From Schmidtea polychroa (lineage: Eukaryota), in contig CM097885.1 of the NCBI GenBank assembly GCA_044892525.1, forward strand, positions 36,024,001-36,088,000: a stretch of DNA of 64,000 bases. Reading direction: 5' to 3'. How positions within the stretch are numbered: position 1 is the first letter of the stretch; each line of letters begins with the position of its first letter. A program made the position numbers and the translations under genes. Shown here in pieces: positions 1 through 51,649 of the stretch. Below the pieces are notes generated by a model. The model was not told where the DNA came from, did not search any database, and worked only from the letters and a program-made list of their open reading frames with translations.

Positions 1-403
1 TGATTTCGAGGAGTATATAAGCAAAGGGAAAATCAGAGAAAATCGGCATTCTGCCTCAGCTAGGGTTCGAAGAATTAGACTGTAGGAAAAGCTGGTAGAC
101 GAATTAGGGAAAGTAGGGAAAAGAAGAAATAGAATTAAGAATACGGAAAGGCGAAAAGGGATCAAACCAAACAGAAACCGAGGAAAACGAGAGTCAAGAG
201 AACTAAAGGATCAAAAGGTGAATATTGTTTGTTTGCAAAGCATCAACGCCGAGCGGAGAATCGTATAAAACTTTGATTGGTAATTGTAGCGTGATAATAA
301 ATTGTGAACCTGTTGTTTCAATATACGTTGGGTCGTTCATTGTTTTAATTTAAAGAACACAGGAGTCAGAGAGAACCGACTTGAAATAATCCAAAACCCA
401 ACA
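1..403 (+). mobile_element. LTR-like repeat (3' part of a probable retrotransposon LTR)
   Basis: Bases 1-70 are similar to the reverse complement of ~50770-50840. TATA-like TATATAA at 14, AATAAA at ~296, ends ...CCCAACA. Confidence 0.5.
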
Positions 404-1689
404 CTTGTTTTGTTCATCTTCCTTTGCTTTGTGTTCTAAGTCAACTTTTAATGATAACTATCAACCCTGCAATGACCTGACTCTCGCGCCACTGACTCGT
501 TTTCCCTCCAGGGAATAATCATACCGGAAGATAAAGAACCTTGATTTCAAATTATTAGACATTGACGTAAGCCCTACTATCGGCAGTCTCGAACCCGTTG
601 AGATGGTCTACTGAGGAGTAGTCTTAACACAGAGGCTCACCTGCTTTATAGCTTTCGGCGACTTAGTACATTTTCAGCATGGTCACAACCATTGGTACTT
701 AGTCGTTTTGAAACAAGCATATAGTGGCTTACGAAAGTTCGTGATCACACTGGACACTCCTGTTCAAACCTAGTATCAATTTTCCTTTTATCTTCTCTTC
801 TCGTAAGCGTCAATTATTTGAAACGCGCAGAATTTGTGTGTTTATATTTTATTGACATACTTTTCCCGTGCATAAAAATATCCTAAATTAACAACAACCG
901 CCCCCTTTTTCTATCTATTTTCTGCTTTTGATTAATCCTCAGAATATAATTATGTGATTCTCTAAGTTTTCAAAACAAAGGAATTATAAATGTCCTTTCT
1001 ATAATAATGGGAGCACGGACGATTATTTTTCAATTTATTTTGTTAATTCTTTTGATGAATGAACCTGTTGTTGATTGAGAAGCTTGTAGCTTGATATATT
1101 AAAAACAAATGTCACAAAATTATTAATATTATTAAAACTTTGACCAGCACAACTAAAAAGTGTAAATTAAAAACTGAAAATTCAATAAATAATAGCAGTT
1201 GAATTATTATAGAATGTTGAATTTTTTATGTCATTATTAATAATTGTAGTTCACATTTGTACATGACACAGGTTGATTATTTATAGTTTTTTATTGTTAT
1301 TAGGAATGATCGGATTCGAATGGGCTACTGAGTTGGCGTTGAGTTCTTACTAGGTGATTTCTGTTTTTCTGATAGTTGTATGTTTTGAATTAATCGAAAA
1401 TTTTATTTTTATAATTTTTCTATTTTATATAACAATAAATTCAATTAATGATCGCAGATCTTAAAAACTCTAATTATAAATGACCTCATTGAAAATCTCC
1501 ATTTGAATGATAGAAATTCGACATTCATAGATCATATTGGAAAATAATGACATTTCCACCTGTCAAGCCAAAAAAATACAATCGATGATAAACATAAAAT
1601 TTCTCAATTGTTTTTATTTTTAGAAATCAATAAAGGCCTTCCTGGACATACTTTTAACTATAGATTACGTCGGATGACACATAGGGTAA

Positions 1690-2209
1690 CTTTTGGAATA
1701 TGAAAGATAAAAGTGTCCAATGGAACAGGTTATTAAAAGAAATGAATTATCAATAAGTTCCATTAGATGGCAAAGCATAAAAACTGGACACAAACTAGGA
1801 GAGACAGGAAAAATTTACGACGGGAGAAATTTGCGAGATTTTAAGAAAATTGATGAGAAGCAGGAAAATAGCTGGAAGAGAGACGAGAAGAAAACTTGCG
1901 TATTAAATTTATAAATCAGAAGTAGTTGAGAAACTCAAATCAAGCTAAAGATAACCAGATCAATTTTCTGAATCGCACATTACTGACAGTAGTCAATTGG
2001 TTGTGTTCTCAGAGTATTATCATTGTTGTGCTATTCCTCCCGAATGGTTATAAAAAACATTTGAAACCTTTGAGGTTTGTTGAAAATTGGTATCGTTGTA
2101 ATCAATAAAGTTTTACGTCTTTGGGATTTGTCGCTATTAAATAACACGCTCAAAGTCAGACCAGTAATTGGTAGTTTAATAATCACCAACTAACTACAAT
2201 ATACCCAAC
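1690..2209 (+). mobile_element. Possible solo LTR remnant
   Basis: Purine-rich body, AATAAA at ~2104 and the same ...CCCAACA end as 1-403. Left boundary uncertain. Confidence 0.3.
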
Positions 2210-2652
2210 ATTTTTAATCCTTTTATCTATATATCTTTGTAAAAATTGTTATATAGATGGCAAGACATTAGCAGCCGGGTGTTCTCCTCATAATATCTGA
2301 TTTATTAAATGTCGGAATATACTGTCTCTTTAGGTAATGCATTAATAATTCAAAGTTAAAACAAATTATAAATATAATGCAATAGACAAAAGAGAAAATC
2401 AATGCAAATGACATCATTTATTCGCTACAATTAAATACAAGATATACAAAATAGCAATAATCTTCATCATCAACTCGTTCATACAAAATTAAAATGATCT
2501 AAAAGTACAATTTTACAAAGCTGATCCGTAAAGCGACAATGTTGCTTGTTTTAATATCTAACGGATCGATTTTTTTATTATCTCAAGGGCAACTCAATAG
2601 GCACTTTATCTAGCGGGAATCATTGGGATCCAAGCGAATTGCTACTGATCGA

Positions 2653-4617
2653 TTATAGTGTCAGATCAGGAGAATGGATTTCATCAGCTGTTGATTCAAC
2701 CAATCGATCGCAGCTGACATTTGATTGGCTCAGTGAATTATTGAAATTGATCATATCGATCCGATCACTGTGTAGATCGATTCCTCTAATTTCCCGCGGA
2801 ATATCCACAACACAATTGATATTTTCCGATTTGATTGCGCAATCGATTATATCACCACCAGAACTGGATTTCTCACCAATCTCCCCATGCCAACCGTTAT
2901 TTGTGATTAAATCCCCCTCATCGGATCGAGTTTCAATTGTTTCTTTCTCTAAGTCCAATCCAATATCGATTTCCGTTATGAGCTGTTGCTTAATCTCAAC
3001 TTTACACAGTTCTTCTTTCTTTTCACATTTTATCCGCTTACTCTGATTAGATTCGTCGCTTTCTCGAGCTGAAATCGGTCTCTTATTGTCGCTGTAGGTC
3101 TGAGTGACGTTTTTCGGTTCCCTTGCACTAAATGTCAACTTCAAATGAAAGACTTGATTCGTATCGGGAATTATGATTGGTTTATGATTGAGCACCGATA
3201 AAGCTACTAACGAGTCTTCCAGCCGATGGAATTCAAACAATCCAATACACTTTTTCACGTGGTCATTCTTATTGTTGAAAATGATAATATTCAAAGGTCT
3301 CGGAACGCCCGATTGCATAATCATGTTACTCAGATCGGATTCGAGGAAAGTGTAAGGAGCATTAAAGAAATGAAGAGTTCGATTAGGTTCGAGGATTTTA
3401 TTGCTGTTGATTCCGTGATCATTCAAAAATCGATTGTTGGCATCGGTAGAGAAGTCTTTAAACGCCGGAGTTCCGTTCGGAAGAAATTCGATGGTTTTAG
3501 ATGGGAAAATTTCCGGTTTGGAACATTTGACAAGCCGCATTTCTTGACCGAATAAAGTCTTACTGTTATAGTACTGAATACAGATGTCCACCGATGATTT
3601 GGAACCCATCTGTACCATTGCAGTGCCCGGTTGGTTGAGGAGAAATCGAACTTTACTAACATTGCCATACAAACAGAAAATATTGAACAAATGATCAACG
3701 CAAATAGTAAAAGACAAATTATAAACCATAAATACAACACCTGATTCAATAACAAACGCGTCTTTATTAATATCTAATTTGGGTTTGATTTTGGAATTTT
3801 TTTGTAAATTAGAGTAATTATAAAGCAAATTTTGACAAGCGAAAGGATGTATTGGCGTTACGGGTATGGGATTATGATATGAAATTGGAGGAGGGTAATT
3901 ATAAATAGGAGGATACATAGATGGATTACCTGGTTGAAACATGTTAATAGCATTATTTGAAACCGATCCATTGACTGGAGGTTTCAAAATACCCTGCTTA
4001 ACTTGTGATTTAGTAAAATCCCAAGATTCATCATCATTCCTTAATACTGGGACACTGGACATCTTTGAATATTTTACATCTAAGGAACAACAGCCAGAAT
4101 ATATATCTTCTCCATGTAAAGCTTCTTTGGCAGCTTTGGCTTCAGAAATTTTATCAAATTCTACTAGACATTCAACAATATTTTCCAAATTCTTTTTACC
4201 AATAAAAATTCGTAATATCTTGCCGAATTTTAGGCAAATCTGTTTAATAATATCCACAGTAATAGGATATTTTACATTTGACACATTAATATTTAATATA
4301 TTTGTTGAATTGTCAAGAGATTTATTATCAACTAAATTAATTGATTGAGATGAACATTCTAATTTAATTTTATGTGATTCAATGTAAAACGGCTTGAATT
4401 TTGCATTTTGGACAAGAGTTGTTGCTGCGCTGCTTTCTGAAAACTCAATTAAACAGCAAGATAGATTTGAAAGCTTTTGAATTTTATTTATAGATCCATA
4501 CTGTTTAAATATCTTATATAGTTCAGATTCTGAAACGGTTAGAGGAATGTCTGTAGCCAATATGGTTTGATTGTTATTTTTAATATTAAATTTTTTATCT
4601 ATGTTTTGATGACTCAT
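2653..4617 (-). CDS. HNRNPL: hnRNP L-like RNA-binding protein (PTB/hnRNP L family, 4 RRMs), single exon, 654 aa
   Basis: Uninterrupted ORF. hnRNP L RRM2 motifs (YPITVDII...ALHGEDIYSGCCSLDVKYSK), Pro/Tyr-rich linker, RRM3 (VFMVYNL...LFNIFCLYGNVSKVRF...GTAMVQM) and RRM4 (TLHFFNAP...GLFEF...LKLTFS). Confidence 0.9.
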   Translation of the reverse strand: MSHQNIDKKFNIKNNNQTILATDIPLTVSESELYKIFKQYGSINKIQKLSNLSCCLIEFSESSAATTLVQNAKFKPFYIESHKIKLECSSQSINLVDNKSLDNSTNILNINVSNVKYPITVDIIKQICLKFGKILRIFIGKKNLENIVECLVEFDKISEAKAAKEALHGEDIYSGCCSLDVKYSKMSSVPVLRNDDESWDFTKSQVKQGILKPPVNGSVSNNAINMFQPGNPSMYPPIYNYPPPISYHNPIPVTPIHPFACQNLLYNYSNLQKNSKIKPKLDINKDAFVIESGVVFMVYNLSFTICVDHLFNIFCLYGNVSKVRFLLNQPGTAMVQMGSKSSVDICIQYYNSKTLFGQEMRLVKCSKPEIFPSKTIEFLPNGTPAFKDFSTDANNRFLNDHGINSNKILEPNRTLHFFNAPYTFLESDLSNMIMQSGVPRPLNIIIFNNKNDHVKKCIGLFEFHRLEDSLVALSVLNHKPIIIPDTNQVFHLKLTFSAREPKNVTQTYSDNKRPISARESDESNQSKRIKCEKKEELCKVEIKQQLITEIDIGLDLEKETIETRSDEGDLITNNGWHGEIGEKSSSGGDIIDCAIKSENINCVVDIPREIRGIDLHSDRIDMINFNNSLSQSNVSCDRLVESTADEIHSPDLTL

Positions 4618-6798
4618 CTAAAATTTAAATTTAAATTTCATGAAAATTAAGTTTTAGAATTATTTATTTTACTTGTAATGGAAGAGCATAAAAGTAGAAT
4701 ATTTAAACAAAATCTAATGTAGGCTTAAAAGTTTATTTAACATTAAAATATTAAAATAATAGCTGTATAAAGAAATTGAATAAAACTTTAAATTAAAGCT
4801 TCTTCAATATAAAGTTTTAATTATATTAATTAAATTTAATTATACAATAGAAAGATGGATTGAAATACTAAAAATAATTTCGACAAATGCATTACTTATT
4901 AATTTAATATTTTATTTATTCTACGATGTAAAAAGTCTATGAGTTTATAAATTGTTTCTTTTTGATAATAAATAAATTAAAGCCAAATCTTCTTTTTGCG
5001 AACTGCAAAATAAAGAAAATGCTTTTGTCAATTTTAGAAACATTCACCGGTAATCTTAGATCAGTTGTAATATATAAGCGGGAGAAAATATTTCTTTAAA
5101 TATAATATAATTTTCTTATTATGGCTAGCATTTTTCAGAAACCTTATTCTTATTTATCAAAAAGCGTTATTTAATTTAAGACAATTTAATTAATCATTAC
5201 TCCTCAATATTCAGGTCTTGAATGCACTGACTTCGATGTCTCGAAATCATTTTCTAAGCTTGCCCCGTCATTTGGAATTTCTTGCACCAGCGTTTGTGCA
5301 TTCGTTCAATTCGTCAAGGCTTCATTTGTGCTTCCCCAATAAGGATGACTGGGGCAAACTTGGTGGTGCTTATTTCACATTCGGTTGTGTTGGAAATAAT
5401 TTGGTGTTTACATACGAGGTAGGTTGAATTATTTGCTACTACACTTATCCCTCGTTTTGTATTGAAATAAGCTAGCTTTCACTTTTCGTACATTCAGTTT
5501 ATATATCCGTTTATAAAAATATGTAAATATTCTGTTTTATTTTTGTTTTGGTGTATACAAATCCAATTTATTTCATCGTTATGATTAGTTGTAAACAATC
5601 TATGTAATGTATAGTTGAATAATAATATTTTATTTCATGGTGTGAGTTAAATAAATTAACATAATAAAAAGGCGATAGATTACAATTCAAAACCATTAGA
5701 ATATGTCATTGACCACTTTAAAAAATAAAACTTTTGAAATCTAAAATAAATATTTGAAAACTATTGGGGTTAGAAGTTATCAATATTTTACCCTTTCGTG
5801 CTGATTTCAGCGTAACCTAAAATACAAGGTTGTTTTACCACTCGATACCCATTGAGTTATCAACGTTAGAAATTTACTGAATTAGTAAATGATGTTTTAT
5901 ATTAATAATTATTTTCTTCAATCGTTTTTGGTCAATTTTCTTCATTGGACATGGTCTTTCTAGCGTAACCCAGAATACAAGGTTTCTTAACCACTCGATA
6001 TCCAGGTGATCTCAATATCCCGGAACCGTCACTTGAGTTTGTTTACTCTAAGTGGCAGATCTTCCATCTGTTTCTATGCCAGCTCTCTATCAGCCCTTAG
6101 GTTTTCAATCAATTGAATCACTAAATGAGAGAAAATAGTTGAATTTAAATTATTTTTATGCCTATATTAAGATAATTCCGGAGTTAAAGGCGCTTTACTA
6201 CTGGTACCCTATCTAACCATAACAGTATGTACCGATCAATGACCTATTTACTTTTATTGGCTATTTTTATCCTTAATACTTTTAATTGCATTTTAACCTA
6301 TTGCAAAATTATTAATTCGTTGTTAATTAAAATTTCCATAATTCGTCACCTTTGTCCTACATTCATTCCTTGCACCATTCAGCGACTCATCATTCCCATT
6401 CAAAGACAAAACATTAACAAAATTTATTTATTAATTAATACATACAGAGAGCAAAAGAAATATGGAAAGATGAGATAGAAATTTGTTTCTTTTTTATCCA
6501 TTTTGTTTTACTAATGCTTAGGATCCTCTCCTTTAATATACCAACACAGTTTTATGTGGGCTTTCAAATGGTACTATTTGTGAAACAATATGATGTTTTA
6601 AGACTATATTTTTATTGCTATTTTGTAACCATATTAAATTTTGAATCAAAAAAGTATGGAAACATTTTACATTTATATGATTTTGTTTAAATGCATCAAT
6701 TATACATGTGTTTCTGAAATTTTCTACGACAGTATAAAAGCCACATTGATCATTTCATTTCTAATCCGAATGAACTTTCTTTACAATTCAGTAGTCTC

Positions 6799-7500
6799 AT
6801 GCCGACAAGAAAGTATTTGTCAGGCAATATTCGAGAAAGAATGGTGGATCTTTGTATTAATGATGGAAGAAAGAAAATTGACATTGCAAAGGATTTTGCA
6901 TTGCAGCAGAGTTCGGTAACTAAAGTTATCAAAAAATACCAAAATTGTGGAAGTGTTCAAGATGCAAAAAATGTGGGAGACCTCGGAAAACAGACGAACG
7001 CATGGATCGAACTATCGTGAAAGAGTCCAAGAAAATCCCATACATAACTGTCAAAATCATTCAAGATAACTTGAACCTCCATCACTCGAACAAGCAAACT
7101 ATTTTAATACAGAGAGATAAGTGTTGGATTTCATGCATGTAACCCTGCTAAAAAGGCATATGTTTCTACTAGAAATCGTCGGGAAAGAATTGCCTTATGC
7201 CAGGGTAAGAATGCCTCATAAATGGAAATTTCAACAGGAAAACGATCCGAAGCATTCCTCCAGTCCTACAACAGTGGTTTGTGAAGAAAAAGGTCAATGT
7301 CCTGAAATGGCCGGGCTCTTATCCAATCGAATATCTTTGGGATGAGATGGGAAAACGTCTTGGAGCTCAACATTTCTTAAACCCAAATAAGTTGTGTGAT
7401 AAACTTCATGAAATTTAATCTAAGATTCCTGTTAGCATTTGTGAGCTCCTTGTGGACTCATGCCACACCCTTGTCAGGCAGTTTTGGATGCTTGTGGATA
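6799..7500 (+). mobile_element. Degenerate, internally deleted Tc1 transposase
   Basis: Across frameshifts: HTH region (IAKDFALQQSSVTKVIKKY), GRPRKT linker, WKFQQENDPKHSS and PIEYLWDEM-like catalytic motifs. Confidence 0.8.
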
Positions 7501-7775
7501 CATGCATTTTATGTAATAAATCATACTTATGCTTCTGCTGAAATAACATTGGAATTTATTAATTTTCTTAATTTTTACATCAGGTTAGACTTTCACTTTA
7601 GGTAACTAATATATATATTTGTAGAAAATTTGCTAGATTTATACCATTAATCATTCAATTTCAACATTTTATCAATCAATTTCAACATTTCAAATCTTAA
7701 ATATTTTATACAAATTTATAAAAGTACAGATACTGTTTAGCGATTATAATTAAAAATTAATAAAATACCCCAATT

Positions 7776-8280
7776 TGAGGTGTTTTCAGCTGAGAGTTAA
7801 ATATTTCAAAAAATTATTAAGATAATTTTAAATGATAAATAATCGACTATTTAAAATAACTTTGAAAATAATTTTTAAACTGAAATTTTTAAATTTTTAA
7901 ATTAAACAAGCTTTTTAACCGGATCATTTTTAAATAAATATATGTTAAATATCGAAATTTTAATAAATGGATTTTGAAATATTTTATTCAACGCTGAAAA
8001 TTAGTTTGGAAATTATACAATATTTCATTAAATAAATACTTGGAATTATGACGCTAACTTTTGAACCGGATTTAAAAAATAATTTAGAAGATGTTTTAGC
8101 AGCTTCTAATATGTCGACCACGTCTATGGATTTCTTCATAAAGAAGCTATTTCCAAACGATTATCATAGAGGAGATGATGTCGAAGCATTCATTAAAGAA
8201 TGCGATAAATATTTTAAATTGGTACAAATGCCTACTTCAAGACAAGAAGTGATGATCGAATTACTGACCGATAAACAGAT

Positions 8281-8337
<57 letters not shown>

Positions 8338-8450
8338 AAGTTGACCAAAATATCAAATGTTATAAGAAAAGATTGCGGAAGGTATTCGTCAAGAAAACAA
8401 GTTTGGCAGAGGATTTACAATCTGTTATGTCTTATAGACAGAGGAGTTTG
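7776..8450 (+). mobile_element. 5' leader and gag-like fragment of an LTR retrotransposon, disrupted by a (TA)n expansion
   Basis: ORF 8048 (...DDVEAFIKECDKYF...) resumes after the TA run (EVDQNIKCYKKRLRKVF...LAEDLQSVMSYRQ). Bases 7776-8110 are repeated at 13426-13783. Confidence 0.5.
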
Positions 8451-10780
8451 GGAAACGAACTCTTATTATCCTATCCATAGATTGTAGATTGAGTTTTAAG
8501 TTTGAATTAGTGGTCGACTTGCACTATAGCTAATTAATTAATTAATTAATTAAATTGTTGGTCGCACCAGCCCACTGGACTCGGTACAGCGAACCCTTAA
8601 TGTTGTATGGGGACCTCACAGCTACACACGAATTAAAGATTCGCCGTAACATCGGTCAAGTTTATTTAATTGAATTACACTATATGTAGGCAATGTAAAT
8701 GATGTCAATTGTCTACATCGGTCATCACGAAGTACCTGATGTACAGGCTGGTAAAACTGCTCCGTATACACGGCGCAGTAACACCAACACTCCGGGTTAT
8801 AGATCAATTACTAGCTTGTATGTAGGTGACTGTGTGCCCAAAAAGTATATAATAATACACATTGTAAGTAATTTATGGGAGAAATGATTTCGCTTTTGAG
8901 ACAAAAAGTAACATCAAAAGCCCAAAATCTATTGACCAATTCATTACATTACATACATTACAATAAATAACAAAATATTACAAAAAACATAAAAATTTAG
9001 ATAATATAATTTAGATAATAAATAAGATAATATGTTGACAAAAGTAATATTTATGATATATTTTTATTCGTCTCATGCGTCTTGTAATGCATATGTTGAT
9101 GACGTATATATCCGTCATAGCCAGTTATGTAAGTTAAAAATTCAAGTCAGATTTTTTTTCGCAATAATATTCCCAGAATAATATTGCATTCAGTACTGAC
9201 ATCTAGTGATTAGTAATTGATTAAATTTTGCAGACTTTTTTATAAATATTCTATAAATATTCTGGTAATTTAAAATAGTATTTAATGTCTTTTATGTATT
9301 TTGAACGAATTTTCTTTAGTTAGGTTTCATGAACATGCTCGTTGTTCATGGGTTCACCACCGCTGGTGTAGAGCGTATCTCGTTGCAGTAGCAAAAAATA
9401 ACATCAAAGTGAATAGGTGTGTTTCTATATTATAACGTTATTGATTTTTTTGATATAATATAGAACAAGTATAATCTAAGTGGGTAATAACGCCACTTTG
9501 TGGGCGTTTGAGACCTAGAGGGGGGTGTTAAAGGGCCCAGAAAAATGGGGGCGTTGACGTGGGTTAAGAGGGCGATGGTAGATTTGTAATTTCATTTACT
9601 TTATATTCTAAATTTCACTAAAATTAAAACCTACCTACTACACAATAACGAATAATTAGTTTATACGATAGTATGATAGTATAAAAACTTAAAATATTTA
9701 ACATAGATTTCGTAGGATAGCCCACACGCCGTACGCAATGAAGTTGTAACAAGTTTCTGTTAAATAACACTATTGGAGCAATCCAGTAGCAATCGGCTGG
9801 TTCATCGATACTTGTCCTAACTTGCTCAGTACGATTGAGCGTCGAAAGAGATATTTATATATTATATAACCTCATTTTTTACTAATCACTAACTTCCTTA
9901 TTAGTACCATCATATCCTATCTTGATCATCACTTTCCATATTTGTTAATTATTCCTCATCCGGGAATCATTTTCCGTTTCTAATCAATCAGATTCTTTTA
10001 GCATATGCAACTAATATATATTTCTGCTTAAATGCTATTAAATTTTAAAAAAAGCCAGGAGGCGCTGATTAATAATTTTTGTGGAAAGGGGGGGGGGTGG
10101 TAGATCAAATAAGTTTGGGAGCCAATGATATAGAAAATGAATTTCTGTTTAGTGTGGTGGATAATTTTTCAAATATTAATATAAAAATTATTGAATTAAA
10201 AAAATAAAGGATGAAACCAAAAGATAAATATCAAATCATTTTTTAAAAAAATATTTTATAGAATGATGCTAAAAAGATTAAAATTTTTATTTGTCGAATA
10301 TATTACAAAAATCAAACAGCGTAAGCTTTGTAAAACCCAGTCCAAAATCTAATAGTAGACTAGTTTCGAGCTTTTGGCTTTCATTAGTACTATGATAAAA
10401 ATATATATACATCACTGCTCCCAAATGAATTAATAGATATATATCGATTATTAGCCTCAATTTATCCTAAATGTCGTAAACATATTGTAAATTACTGATG
10501 AGTATGGTCTGAATAATTTACTGATCTATTTCTTTGATGCAATATCTTAAAAAAACAGAGAACGACCTATTTTAAAAATTAAATCAATAAAAATTTTATT
10601 CTAAAAAATTTATTGATAATTCAAAATTTGTTTATTCTAACAAAATAAAGTATTAGTATTTAAAAGGAGTAATTTTAATTTTAATTAAAATATAAGTTTA
10701 TGAATAATTTCAAAGGAAATTTGGTTTTATAAAATTTTAAAGTAATAATAAATTCATTAAATAATTTTAGATTATAAATT

Positions 10781-47990
<37,210 letters not shown>

Positions 47991-48942
47991 AATAGGAAAT
48001 CTTTCACAAGATCAACATCTAAACGGCACAAATGATAAGCATGTATAGGATTTACCAGATTGTAGGTAAACATTATTTGTATTTTAACTTTATTTATCTT
48101 CAAAATTCAATAATCAAAAAATAATCAATAATCAAAAAAAATCTGAACTGGGAATATATTAACAATAAAGCACATTGACAACATGAAAACATCGAAATCT
48201 AGAAATAGTAACGAAATATAAATTATATAAAAAATACACAATTATATATATTTAATAATTGACTATTGGACATATAAATATAATAAAAATAAAAAATTGC
48301 TGATAATAAAAGATAAATATTAAATAAATGATTGATGATGTTTGAAAAATGTTGCAAATTGACATTAACAAATTATTGAAAATGTGTGAAAATATAAAAT
48401 TGGAATTTTTGGACAACGAAAATTAGGATATCAATGTACTTATATGTGGTAATGTTATTATAACATCTTCTAAGTTGTTTTGAAAAACATTTTCTGTGAT
48501 TGAACTCATATTCCAAATTGTATTCATAATGGCAATATTGTCTAATATTTAAACAAACTTTTCGGCATTGAATCAAACAATCTCAAAACAATTTATCAGA
48601 AGAATTCAATATTAAAATTCAAATCGAATTATTTTTTTATTTAAATTTATATTTTACAATTAGAAATTTAATTTGAATCTTAATTATTTACGACTTAAAT
48701 TTAAATCATTCCAACAACTCAATTTAAAATATTTATTCAAAGAATTTAATATTTAAAATTTAAATGGAATTAAATTCTTTTAACTAGTTTATAATTATAA
48801 AATTTATTTCTAATTTTAATTATTTTTAACTTAAATTCATTTTAAACTATTCCGACAAATCATCCGAAATATTTAACTCTCTTGCGAAAACAACTCACAA
48901 TATACAAAGGCACATTTGCCATTTTAAACAAGTAAAATATGG

Positions 48943-49002
<60 letters not shown>

Positions 49003-49442
49003 CTAAAAATATTTACAATAATTAAATTTAGATAAACTAAATTTTTCAAATTAATATGAAGATAAATTTTATTTAATTAATATGAAGTAAAGTTAATTAC
49101 ATACGTTTAATTCTAGATAATGTATAATTTATTTTTATTCCAGATATTCTTTCACGCAGAATTGTAAAGTTGCTCAAAATTATTTACTGATCTTGATGTT
49201 TATTTTAAAAGATTATTTTAAACCAAGTCTTGATGCTATGAAATTATTTTTTATTTGAATTTTGAATCATTATTATTATATTATTTATTGTTTTGTACAC
49301 AAACTTGATAATTTCATTTATATTTATGATTTTGTCCTTTATTTATGTTTACTGATAATTCGAGTAAAACGAAAGTTTCATTTAATGTGACATCTAAATG
49401 TTGTTCATAATAGATCCGTAATGTAAAAATTGAGATCAGTGG

Positions 49443-49487
<45 letters not shown>

Positions 49488-49623
49488 TCATAACCTAAAT
49501 TTTAACTCTTGAAATGCGAGTTGATGATAAATCCGAATCACTGAGGATTTCTGAAAACGAAATTTGGATTTATGCAACGCTCTATGGATATCTGAAATTT
49601 AGTCCTGAAGGTGAATACAAATC

Positions 49624-49690
<67 letters not shown>

Positions 49691-50659
49691 TGCGTGGAGT
49701 CAGAGTTAATACCGACTTTAACAATAATAACCCAGCATTAATTTTATTTTTACTTTTGTGTTTTTCGATTTTGGTGTTATGTTGAATCATTCTATTGATT
49801 TTTATTTGATCTTTCCACGTGTTGATTTTTATTTTAGTTATGTTTGTGTGTTATTTTTCGGAACATTTTCAACAAGAATCTCTATATAATTCATGACATA
49901 GGTCAGTTTTCACCCAAAATAATGAATATTTAAAAGACATTTCAAAAATTATTATATATTTTATTAAAATTTTACTAAGAACTTCCTATGAAATAATTAT
50001 TTAAAATTATTTTAGAAATTCCAATGTTGCATATTTAAAATTAAAAGCTTGATAATTTGTAAATTAATATTAATTATACATGTCCGTAAGACTGTAAAAT
50101 TTACTAACAATAAGATTCTGCGAGAAGTTCCATCCGAATTTTAATGTAAAAAACATTTGAGAAAAACCATAGGTTTTTTTTTAAATTTCCATTTAAAAAT
50201 GTAAAAAAAATATTTGTAAACTTTTCATGACCTACTTTACATATATGTAAAAAATTCTTTAATGAAAATTGATTTTTACTTTGGTAACTATGCTAATAAC
50301 TATGGTAGTTATGGTAATTAAAAATATATCTATAGGAATTAATATCTTATATAAAAGAGTTTGAAGTCTATAAATCAGTAATTGTACTCAAAATATAATT
50401 TATCAATTTTTAAATTCTCAATAAGTGAAAATAACGGACAATGGGGAAATTTTATGTAAAAAATATTCGGTAATGATCTAAAATTTAGATTCTAAATTAT
50501 ATTTATAAAACCCATTATCTCTTTATTCAACATTCATAAGATCGACCAAAATGTATCATTTTCGTCTATTGGCCTGATCTAATAATAATGATTCTTTATC
50601 GAGACATTACAATATATTTTACTTAAAGGCAAGTGAAAATATATAAATAACTGTTTTCC

Positions 50660-51376
50660 TTCTACTATTTGATTTAATTCCTTTCCACCTTTTACGTATT
50701 TCCTGGTTCTATATTTTCTTTTTCCCTAAACTTCTTAATTCCTCTTTTTCCTTTTCCTATACTAGTTTTCTTCTAACTCCTAGCTGAGGCAAATTCAGAT
50801 TTGCTCTGATTTTCCCATTCCTTATATACTCTTCAAAATCGGGATGACAATGGTTACTGCCGAGCCAATCTATCCCTTGACATTCGACTCCACATATCTG
50901 CTTTGGCTGTCACTCAGAATGGTCCAACGAACAAAGACAATTAATGGTCCACCCGGGCTTTTCTGCACGCACTATCTTTTTCTTGGACTTCTCCCATTAA
51001 TCATTGTGACACGATAATGAGCCCAAATCTTCTTTCTGTTTACTTTTCTCTTTGTTTACCAAGCTCGAGATTTCTTTCTACTAGCTGATTAATTAATTAA
51101 TTTCATTTTCTTGTTTGTCACCTTTTCGCACTTTTCCTAGCACTTTCTGAAAATTTCATTATCGCCATATTATTCCCTACTATCTGTTCTCCCCACGACC
51201 TACTTTTCAAACTTAAATCCAAACTATGAATCTTTTATCGATTTTTCTCAAATCACTTTTTTTTTGCTTTTCCCATATACTGATGCACCTTCTCGAGCCT
51301 TTCTAGCCACTTCATATCTTCTATTGTAAGTTCTCTCTTTTACCAGTCTTACCCTTCTTTCATTTCTTTAATTACA
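50660..51376 (-). mobile_element. LTR-like repeat related to 1-403
   Basis: Shares the ~70-bp core with bases 1-70 in reverse orientation; begins TGTAAT on the minus strand at 51376. Confidence 0.5.
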
Positions 51377-51621
51377 AATATAATTCAATTTTAATTTTAA
51401 TTATTTTATAACCTCGACAATATGAACTGAGAGAAGAGATAACTACCTTTCTATCAAGTAAAAATAGTGATCTAGTTAAGTCCTTCACCAAATGGCAAAT
51501 TTTATTATCACTTTTAATTTTAATCGACTACATGGCAATTTAATTTTTATTTTATCTGAAAATCGACTTTCCAATATCGAATGATGCATAATTTGTCTAA
51601 TTCGGACCATTAAATATTAGT

Positions 51622-51649
51622 CCGTCATTTTTGACGGGTTATAGCTAGT
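51622..51649 (+). mobile_element. Helitron 3' terminus
   Basis: Hairpin CCGTCA-tttt-TGACGG followed by gttatag-CTAG|T. Confidence 0.6.

Noticed and set aside
2639..4348. Plus-strand ORFs 2639, 3226, 3941 and alternate-frame ORF 3423
   Set aside because: Shadows of the hnRNP L-like CDS with no independent evidence.
5180..5460. GC-richer patch as a minus-strand pseudogene or TGA-recoded ORF
   Set aside because: Several TGA codons sit in a basic-looking peptide, but I recognise no family, and the host genes read normally with the standard code.
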